Source: Amphiscolops sp. MND2022 (lineage: Eukaryota). From it: a DNA stretch of 64,000 bases. The stretch is taken from NCBI GenBank assembly GCA_964187785.1, contig OZ076420.1:47988001-48052000 (forward strand), read 5' to 3'. Shown here piece after piece: positions 38,048 to 48,900 of the stretch. A program made the position numbers and the translations under genes. Numbering within the stretch: the first letter of the stretch is position 1; every line of letters starts with the position of its first letter. The notes beneath the pieces are model-generated. The model had not been told where the DNA came from, made no database searches, and worked only from the letters and a program-made list of their open reading frames with translations.

Positions 38048-41000
38048 TTAGCTAATTAATTAATCAATTAGATAATTAATTAATTAACTAGTTCGAATTA
38101 ACTAGGCACAACACTGGTTGCCTCCGTCTGTAACTTGAGGGGGTTTTGTCAAATATTTTTATATAGACCATTTTCTGGTCTTCGATCTTTTACCAACTCA
38201 ACTAGTTAATTATTTAGTTCCGATATGGGTTCATTATTTAACTGTCCTTGAGTCGAGCTGAAAATTAATCACCGAATTTGAAAATTGTTGGAAAGTATTG
38301 GAATTTTTATGGTATTAAAATTTTCAAAAACAAACTAATTTATAATGTATATCAAGCCAACGTTTTTGCTTTTACATATGTTTTACAATTTACTTTTCAT
38401 CATTCTTTTTTGAACTTTTTGTCAACAAGTGCCACCCAGCGTTGAATGCCCAGTTAAAATTTTGGAAAATCTTGACAACTTAGTCAAAATTTGAGATTTA
38501 TCATGGATAAATTGTCAAGATCTTGGGATATCTAGTGGGATCTTGGATAATGATGAAGATCTTGGATTCATTCTTGGACATCTCAGCAAAATATTCGACA
38601 TTGAAAAACTTACAGGGACTCAGAATTCAGGAAAATTTATCTTGGGTCCATTGCTCTATTTTTCAAATCCTATCACCTTGAACGGTATCGAGCGAATCTA
38701 CTATCTAACATTCCAGGGGACTCTCAATCTTCCCATACACATTTATTTGCCGAACAAACGTTCATACTATGTCAAATGGAGCATGGCGTAGTGGTTATAG
38801 CATTCCATCTGTATTGAGGCGGTATCAGGTTTGAACCTCTCTTAACTCACCATTGTTGGACCTTAAACAAGTCCTTCATCCTTAGCTTTGTGGTGTGATC
38901 AATGACAAAAAATACCGCGTTTGGCAGAGAAAAAAATAAAAAGCAACGTTGGGCGGTCAGACATTTGTGACTTTGAGCTTCAAACCGACCATTGCTTGAA
39001 CATTGGGCTGCAAATATTGTACCATAGCTTGCTATGGGGAGATAGTATCCGGAAGGGAGCCGACTTAGAAAAGCAGAACTGCTTATTCAGCGTCCACCCA
39101 CAGAGTTAGGGAAATAAATTTTCTGCAAAGAAGATTTTCTGTAAAAGCGGGACCTTTCGGGTTTTTTGGAAATCCAGTTTGTTGCAAAATATCAAAAAAA
39201 GTGAAGGGGGCCCTTTGGAGACAAAACAAATTTCGAAACTTTTTTGATTTTCGAAAAAAAAAACGAAAAATGACAATTTTGAACATCCTCATAGTGTCGA
39301 AATACATAAAAAGGGAGACCATTTGGGCTTTTTGGCACTTTAGTTTGCTGCAAAATATCAAAAAGAAACTTGAAGGTGGGACCATTTGAAGGCGAAAAAA
39401 AGTCGCACAGTGCCGAAAAAGATTCAAACAGTCCAACAGGGCCGATACAAATTGCTCGAAAAGGACTCGAACCCGTGACCGCTGGGTTCACCGTAAACCG
39501 AATAGAGATTGTACTGACGAGTACACGTGAACGAGTAAAGTCTGTAAAAGGCGGTACATACACGATGAGGTCTGTGATCTGACGAAAAAAAAAGAAAAAA
39601 ACTAGTCACTGTAATAGTCGGGCTCTTTTCACTAGAAAAGCGCCGATTAAAAACACCACCCCTTTCTTGGGAACCACTTGTCCGATCGCGCTGGAAATTG
39701 GCATACATAAACTAGAGGTGTTAGTTGAACTTTCGACTCGGGGCAGTAACCGTGAAACGAAAACCCATAACGACAACTTATCTTAAGCGACAACTCATAT
39801 GCGACAACTCATATGCGACAACTCATATGCGACAACTCATATGCGACAACTCATATGCGACAACTCATCAAATCAAAAAGGCCACAATTCATATTAGGTT
39901 TTTCAAGAGTTCACAAATACCCAAAGTATTGTCATAACCATCATAATCACTCAAATCGGAGTCCACAGAATTCTCTCTACGGTGATTATTTTAGTTACAA
40001 CCAGTTGTGATCAACCTCCTGGGGAAGATGTTCTGAAGCTCCTGGGCTATTTGGCTAACTCTACTTAGATGTGGTCTATCTGACCGAGGGTCACATTTCT
40101 GAGTCATCAGTCAGATTTTACTTGGATGCAGCCCGTCTGATCAAAAGTCACTCTTCTGAGCTGCATACGCAAACTCACCCGGATGCAATCCGTCTGACCG
40201 AAGGTCACGCTTCTAAGTGGTTTGTGCAAACTCACACTGATGCAGTCCGTCTGACCGAAAATCACGATTCTGAATTGCTTGCGCAAACTCACTCTGATGC
40301 AGTCCGTCTGACCGAAGATCCCATTTTGTATTTAAACCAGTTTTCGTTGGTCTTATTGCGTTTTCTATCGATGGAAGTACCTTTTCTGCTATGTCAGAGT
40401 TAATTACTTCCAAACTTTGAGTGTTTAAGTCAGATTTGAGTTCTTCAAATTGCTGAGACACCTGAGATGAGATTTCACAGAGTCTTTCGCTCCAATTGTT
40501 TCTACAGTCAAGCCACTATTTTGCCTAAGATTAGTGTTTAAGTAAGACCTGAATTCTCCAATTTTATGGGCCAATTCCTGATCCTGCCTATTTGACTCTA
40601 GGTCCATCCTATTTAATTGTTCTCTTCCTGTACTTCGTAGTTTTCTCCTGGGATAACTCCATGGAATCACATCCATATTTTCACGATCAGACATTACGTC
40701 CGATTGCCTTGAACGCTTTTCTTTAGCTATCTGTTTCCCTGTTTAAGGCAGAACAAAAAAAATGATTCGTTTTCAACGGTGAATTTGGCAAAGAGTAACA
40801 AATGCAACGCTTTGTGTATCGTGTATCAGCAGCATCAAATGTGATTATTTTAGTAACGGATTCCGAGTACATATAGCTAAAACATCATGACACTCATAAT
40901 TCTGTACGTCAGATAGCTAAATTTAGGGTGAGTTCATTCTAAATATAGCTCTGATCTCAATATTCAGGTCATCAATTCTAAAGTTAGATCAGGTCACTAG

Positions 41001-42920
41001 ACATTACGTTATTTTGGGTGGGGAGATATAAATAACATCAAACTAGTAACGTATTAACTTGCATAATACTAATTCTATGTTAAAAGCAACATTTCATGTA
41101 GCGATAGCATCAATGTTTAACAAAACGCTAATTCTGACCAAGCGTCAGCGTAACTGCAGTGAATGGTTCTTTTTGCATTTTGATTGGCTGAGAATATGTT
41201 TGGACTACGCGTCATCCTGACTGCAGTAGTGAGCAGGTTGAACGCGTTTTCTTTCTTTCTTGCTTGTATTACAACTTATTAAAGCACCTTTCAGCTTGTC
41301 CTACAACACGATTAAGAAACTATTGCACTAAACATATTTGACGCAACGTGTATGTATTAGAATAACTAAGCAAATTCGTACAAAGTAGTTTCGAAATCAG
41401 TACTTGGGACAATTTAAGTATAAAGTTGCTGTCAAGTTGACCTTCGGTCAATATTTCAAAATATTGTATGTTGCTTAAAATCATCATTGCTTCAATTTCA
41501 ACGGTACAAATACGTATTAGTTTGTTGTTTTAAGTCTTCGGAGGGATTAAAGTGTTTCATATGGTTAAGACTCCGGTCCGGGGTTACTCTGATTGTCGTT
41601 TGGCATGATTTGGTAGAATATGCCGTCACAGGCGGCAGCCTGCGACAAGTATACCTCAAACACGTTTCATATTTAGCTGCTATTTGAAATTCCAGAACTT
41701 TTAATATTTTCCGCCCACGAATAATGGGGGAGGAAAATCATAATCTGTATTGCGTTTTTTTTTACAAATTCTGCCAAATCTCCACCAAGATCACTATCCA
41801 CTTCACTTGACTATTTGTTACTTGACTATTTTAGTTACTTGGTAGCGCAGTTTGCATTGTGTCTGCCTGGCAGACACGAGGTCGTGGGTTCGCACCCGTG
41901 CTTATGCGGTACATTTTTAGCGGAAAACATCCCGATGCTTAGCGGGCGTCTTGTTTCGCATTTTAAGTATTCTACTCGAAGTTATTTCATCTTTTGATAT
42001 GTTGTCGCCGTACGAAAAGAAAGACGCAGTATCACAATTGGTTTGCTGCTAGCGTTAACTTGATTGCCACCCTGAAGAAACCGACCTAAAGTGGTCTAGA
42101 GTTCAATGAGTCATTCATTATAGTCTCAAAATCAATCAAATTAGATGCTGAATAAACATCATGTGATGGCAACTCAATGTTAAAGTTCTACAGATATTGT
42201 GGATCTTACTATATAGATCTTATCATACTCAATCTGGGCGAAGGTTTGATAAATTTTGATTGGGAGCAAAACTCTTTCTGTACAGCTATTGGGAGCAAGA
42301 TTCTTGTACACAGCTTTTTGAAATTGAATGCTCAACGCAAAAAAAATATTGGGAGCATGGTTTAAAGGCTAATGCGTTCGGTCTTTAAGCGATTTTAAAC
42401 TCACCTTTGTTGGGCCTCAACCAAGTCCTTCATCACTAGCATAGGTCAGTGTTTTGGGGGTAGCTTAGGGGTATGGTCAATAACGCATTTGGCGGAGAAA
42501 AGCAAAAAAGCAAATGTGGGCAGTCAAACTTTTTTGACCTTGAGCAAGTCATTTTGAAAAAATAGCTTCAAACCGACCTTTTGTTTGATCATTTGGCCGC
42601 AAATATGGTACCATAGCTTGCTGGAAAAATGCTGACGTAGAAAACAACCGCTTGTTTGGCGTCCACACCGTGGGATTGGGGAAATTAACTTTCATCTTAT
42701 TTGTTCCATTCTTCTAATATTGAATTACAAAAAGACGTTTTTCATGGATCCTATGCTATCCTATGCTGCTTCTTCAATTTTAAACTAATTAATACGCTAA
42801 ATTAATTGAAGCAGGATAATTGAACATTTTGATAAATCTGGCATAAACCTCTTTTTTTTCAAATTTATTTTCCAATTTGTTCATCAAAGTTGTAAACTTT
42901 GTATTAGTTTGTTAGGTTGT

Positions 42921-45900
42921 TCATTTAGTTCCAATGGCGGATCCTTTGGAAGCATAGTCTTTGATCTTCTGCAAGTCGAGCTGGTCCAGTGATGAGGCTG
43001 TGATGTAGAACATGACTGGGATCTCCTGGCGCAAAACCTGAAACCAAACTATCAGGTCAGGTCATGTCAGGACAGGACAGGTCACGTCAGGTCAGGCCAG
43101 GCCAGGCCACGTCAGGTCAGGTCAGGTCAGGTCAGATCAGGTCATGTTAGGTGTTGCGGTAGCAATATCGTTAATTTAAAATAAACAAATATTAAGGCGC
43201 TATAGCATAGAGGATGCGCGTTAGCCTTCCGATCATAAGGTCTCGGGTTCGATTCCCGGACATGTAAAATATTTTATATTTTGGAAATATCTCTCCGATT
43301 TCGGTAGAAATACTCTCGAAAAGGCCTTGCTATTCAGATTAAAAAGTGACTCATATTGTGTGATCAAGTTTTGTCTCGGCGGTTAATGATAATAATTTTT
43401 CCCCAACTTTCATTGTTATTTTAATTTTGATTGACAATACAATCTTTAGTACTTCTAAAGATTTTCATGGTGGCCATTGAGAGGCATCGTCATCAATTTC
43501 CCTCTTAAACCGCCAAACTTTCCAAGAAGCCTAAATATCGACTCAGAACACCCGCCATTCGTCCCCCCATTTGCCCCAAATTCTGTTGACCCTTGATTGA
43601 CTAATCGAATCCCTCCCCAGTGACACGAATCTTGGTAGCCTTGCCAAGATCTTGGAAAAACATGGAAACGCATGGTAGGCTTACCAAGACGCATGGAAAA
43701 ACATGATGCATGCTACGCTTGGTAAGATCTTGGCAAGATCTTGGCAAGATCTTGACAAGCGTTCCATGTGGAAATGCTTGCCAAGATCAGGGCAAGATCA
43801 TGGCAAGATCTTGACAAGATAACCATGGTAAGACATGTAAGCTGGTATTAATTGTGCATAATTTATTCTTTTCGCAAAAATTCTTTGTCGTCTGCAGTTT
43901 TTGAATTAGCCATTGTGATAACTTTGGACATAATATTTATTGATTGAAAATAGTTTTTTAATTGAAAATTTTCCAAAATTTGCTCAATAATTTGCTGCAC
44001 CTATTGACCGCGTTTTGTTACTTGAGAGCACGGCATTGTTACTACTAACATGACTTATCATACCAAGCAAACTCCGAATCAAGTTATTGCAACTTGCGGG
44101 TTTGCGATATCGGTGTGAAAACCAACTTTTCTAGCTATGATTTGTTTAGAATTATGCAAATCATGCTATTACCTGATCTATTGAGGTAACGGGTTCTAAT
44201 TACTGAAGTTCGAGAATGCAATAAAAACTCAAAATGGTTGGAGCAAAAACATTTTACTTTAGATGGATAGAAAAATCTTGGTATGCTTGGCAAGACACAT
44301 GGAAAAGCTTGGTAAGATACATGGAAAATCTTGGTACGCTTGGTAAGACGCATGGTCAGCCTTGCCATGATCTTGCATGATCATGGTAGCCTTGGTAAGA
44401 TCTTGGCAAGATCTTGCCAAGATCTTGGCAAGCATACCCATGCATCTTGGCAAGCGTGCCAAGATTCGTGTCACTGGGTCTGCTCGAATTGAGTTGCTGC
44501 TGCAAGAAGAGTAACGAGAATGAACCCGGCAGGGCCAACACGCTCTTTACTTTGAGAAACATCTTCTGGTTTATCCTCATCGTTAGTGCAATTCTCTTAT
44601 TGCTGCTCCTGCTGTACCCAGATGCGTGAAAACTTGGGATCGAGTACAGGACGTGGATTTCAGAAGACAGTAGTGGAAACAACAGGAATTAAAACTCTAC
44701 TAAGAATGTCACTACGTGCGAACAATAAAAACTAATTTAACTATCTTCATCAAAAAAAACTTGAGCTACATTTTAATTTGTGATATCATCTGTAAAAGCG
44801 TTGCTCCTTCAATAGCAAGGCCTTCGATAGGAACCTTTGACTAAACACAACAATTTTTCAATTCGAAAAAAAAAACCATCTTTCGTGAACTGTCCGAACA
44901 ATTCTTTGAGAAAAAAAAACGTTTGAATAATACAACAAACTTTTGCATTGAAAAAAAACTACTAACTTTGTGAGTAGTCAAAAAAAGAAAATCTTCGAAA
45001 AAAAAGTATGGTATTGTAAAATGTAATGGTGTTTATTTTGGGTGCGAGCTCATTGCATCATGCTTTAGAGACTTTATCAACTGAAGAAAATTCTTTCCTA
45101 AAAGAAAAAATTTACACCATTCCGGGCCTTAGTCTGAATAATCACGCAAAAAACCCGCAAAAAATTGTCCAAAATTTGTTGCTAAAAGATTTTGCAGAAA
45201 AAAATGAGATCGTGATTTGGCACGATGTGCTGAATAATAGCTTGTCAAAACATAAAAGCAACAATTTTCGAGCGTTATCTGTTTCTGAATTACTAGATAT
45301 TTTACGATCTCTAGAAAACAAACTCCGGGCTCTTGTGTATTGCCACCGAATTCGAACGCCCGACATTTCTGATATTCTAAAAACACAAAGCATTCCTGTT
45401 TTCCGAATTGAAACCGATTTCTTTTCGACAAGAAAACAAAATGATCCAAAAATTTTGAAAGAATTGAAGGCAATACACCAAAGACCTGAGTTTGAACTCA
45501 AGTATTTGGACATCATTCTCCGAAAAGAAACCGATCTAGCGCAGATTACAGCCAAAAGTCGCCCTAAGCGACCAAATAAACGTGCCCGTAAGGCTTTGAA
45601 GAACGCTGCTTCAAATCAGAGTGAAGTTTCTTCCTCCCCAAAGGACTGTTGTTGTGACAGTGTCCAGACTTCATTGTCAGGTTGAAGTCGCAACAACTTT
45701 CCTCCAAGTTTTGGACTGTGTCCAGACTTGACTGTCAGGTTGACGTTCAAAACGACCATTTCAATACCATAACTGCGTGTTCTTCATTACTCTTGTCTTA
45801 TACCGTCCTCGTAGTTCCTTAGTGCCTATTTTTGAACCAAAACAAATAAATTAGCCGTCTTTCCATCGCAACATCCTCCGCAACATTTTAAACTCGTAGA

Positions 45901-48900
45901 TTTTGTACTTGTACATTTTGTAGTATCTTCTTTTGATCTGTCATTGTAGAATTTCCATTAATTGACAACCGCATAGTTAACTTTCAGTATTGTGTCCGGA
46001 CTTAGTTGTCTGGTTGATGTTCTGTAAGTGATTCTGCTGTTTTGAACATAATTTAGTGCTAGAAACACTACAATTCGTGTCCTAATAACACACTACATTG
46101 ATCCAAAAAGTTAAAAAAAAAACATTCAATGGCTGATAGGATGCAAGAGAAAGTCGCCAAGTTGCATGATAGCCGCGCTAAAGCCGAAGCGGAGCTGAAC
46201 AAAATCCAACAAAAGCTCAATGACGCCGTTGGAAATGCCGAACGACGTGTTCGCGTTGATCGATTAATCACCTCGTGTGAGGAAGCTATGACTAAAACCT
46301 TTGCAAAAAACGAACAACTCCTAGACTTAGCCAACAAATCAACCAACCCAGAGTCAGTGAAGCCAGACTTGGAAAAGTGGTTAAACGACGTTGCTGTTAG
46401 AAACGATGAAATACTGACGAAAGCTCGCGATTATCTGGAGAAATGTCTGCAAACCGACAACGCTTCGCAAACTTCAATAGTTCTATCGACGAACAAGACA
46501 AAGTCTAGTAAAGTTTCAAGCTCTCTTCGATCAAAGACGTCAAGTCAACGGCAGAAAGAGCTACTCCTTGCAAAACAAAGGCGTGAAGAAATTGAGAAGC
46601 AAAATGAAGCTACACTCCGACTGACTCAGCAAAAGCAAGATCTTGAAATCAAACGAATGCAACAAAAACAAGAGCGTCTCAAGGAAGAACTTGCACTTAG
46701 AGTCGCCGAGGTGCAGGAAGAGAACCGCAAGAAACTGGCTGAGGCAACACTGATTGAGTTAGAACTTCAAGATGATCTATCGGCGACAAATGAAGAATTC
46801 CAGGAGACGCTATCACTGTTGAGTGAGGAGAGCAACGAAAATCAGTCAACCCGAGTAAACAACTGGGTTAATAATTCTCCCACTTTGATATCTGCTACGA
46901 ATCAATATGCTCTTGAAGCACCAGTTGTTGAATCGAATCAAGAACCGACCGTTGGTACGCAACCGTTGCCCATCGCTACATCTACATCAAATGAAAACGT
47001 TACTGAATCTTCGCCTACATTAGCTACGGTGCAAAATAGTGTTCCGCCCCAAACGGAAAATACCACAGCACCGGTTCCACTGTCGCTTACAACAAATGAG
47101 ACTTTGAACCAACCTACCAACACGTTTACTACTTTACCTGGCCAGCCTCCGCGTTTCCCCGGTCAAACTAGTTTACCTGCTACTAACTCCGCTGCTACTG
47201 GTTTGTTTTTTAACCACGCTAGCACTTTGCAACATCCTTGTCCTTCAGTGAGTACCACTTCAGCACCGACAATAGCTCAGCCTCGACCTAATCCGATAGT
47301 AACACTTCCAGTAAATCACATTTTACCTAACTTGTCAGCCTGGAGTTTTCCGGTTTCCAAATCTTTCCAACAATCAGCAGTCACCTCTGTAGTGCCACCC
47401 CCCGCTACCAGCTTACCCACAGTCGTTCCATCCAACTATGGTGTTTCATCTACAGCACCAGTTTTCCCAATAACGAATGGAGGAACAGTTTACTACGTGC
47501 AGCCGACTGCAGTGGTAACATCGACAACAAACTGTCGTGTACCTCAAACTGTAACAACGTTTCCCAGTGTTACTGCTCCTCCTTTTGTGTACCTGCAAGT
47601 TCGTTTACTTTGCCACAACCGTCTACAAATAGTTTCACATCGCAAGACCTTGCACAGATTTTGACTTCGACGAAGGAAGACCTTCTCCCTGAGTGGAAAC
47701 TGGCACAGTTTAATGGCGACCTTCTTCAATGGCATGAATGATTTGGCCAGTTCCAGAGTGCCATTGATTCGTCTTCACTTACAGACGACGTGACGTTTAC
47801 TTACCTGAAAACTCTTGTTACTGGAAAAGCCAAAACGGCGATTGCTGAGTTTGCATATTGCGGGACAATGTACAAGGACGCACTGAAGACCCTTCAACGA
47901 AAATTCGGCCAACCACAGACTGTTGTCAGTGCCTACTTGGACAAATTAGCGAATGTTCCTCCGGTGAAAATGCATAACAGCGGAAGCATCATAAGTTATG
48001 CAGCTACAATTTGCTCCTTGGTTGGTGTTTTCCGATCTCTGAACTACGTTCAAGATCTTTCGAGTGCTTCACTGCTCGGCCAAGCGGTTCAAAAGCTTCC
48101 CCCGAACTTGAAAGAAGGGTGGTCAATGCATACAGTGAAGCGGGATTTGAGCCGACCGACTCTGATTGACTTCAATGATTGGCTGAAGGACAAAGCTGAA
48201 GCTCACGAGAGGATGAAAGCTGCCACTGGAAAACCAAAAATTGAAGAATCTCCAACCGGAAGCGTAACGAAGACCAAGACCAATTCTAAAGTGTTCGCTG
48301 CAACAACAACTTCCACTAAAAGTACCTTCGCAACCAAGCCGTCAACCCAGAAATTCCAAGTTAATTGTGTAGTTTGCAAAGATAAGCATCCGTTGTGGCG
48401 ATGTCAAGTGTTCAGAAAGAAGACACCAACAGAACGAGCGAAAGTTGTTGCCGAGAACAAACTTTGTTTCTCATGCTTTAATGAACAACACTCTTTCCGC
48501 AATTGCCCCCAGCCACGCAAATGCACCAAAGATGGCTGTGGCAGTACGCACAACACTTTGCTACAAGGTGCAGAGAAGATTTTCCCGAGAAAATCTGAAT
48601 CTGGGAAAGCGGGCAATAGTGAAGCAACTACTTGTAGCGTAACGACAGCGATCCAAAAGAAAGACGAAGTCACCTCATACCTCCCTTCCATCTCTGATGT
48701 GAAAGGATTATTAAAAATAACGGAAGTGGAAGTGCAAACTTCTGAGAAATCTGCAAAAGTCTTAGTTTTGTGCGACTCAGCGTGTAGCCATTCTTGGATT
48801 TCCTCCGAGCTAGCTGACAAACTTGACGTGCGCGGCACGCCGACTAAACTGACTGTACACGGAATTAACTCCAATAAGGTTGTTGACACTCAAATGGTCG

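Larger units (their letters stand above)
34375..40506. repeat. Head-to-tail tandem duplication, unit 3065-3066 bp (34375-37439 and 37440-40506)
   Basis: ORF-track features recur at +3065/+3066. Junction tgtttctac[a]atctcgttttt has 1-nt microhomology. A few substitutions separate the copies. Confidence 0.97.

Noticed and set aside
40780-41330. Possible LTR next to the gag-like remnant at 40694
   Set aside because: No partner LTR, PBS or TSD could be identified.
43196-43264. Functional tRNA-Gly(TCC) gene in the LTR
   Set aside because: The acceptor and anticodon stems do not pair. Reported only as a tRNA-like promoter module.
43468-43485. Assignment of the PBS (tggtggccattgagagg) to a specific tRNA
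   Set aside because: I could not match it to a tRNA 3' end from memory. It needs the species tRNA set.
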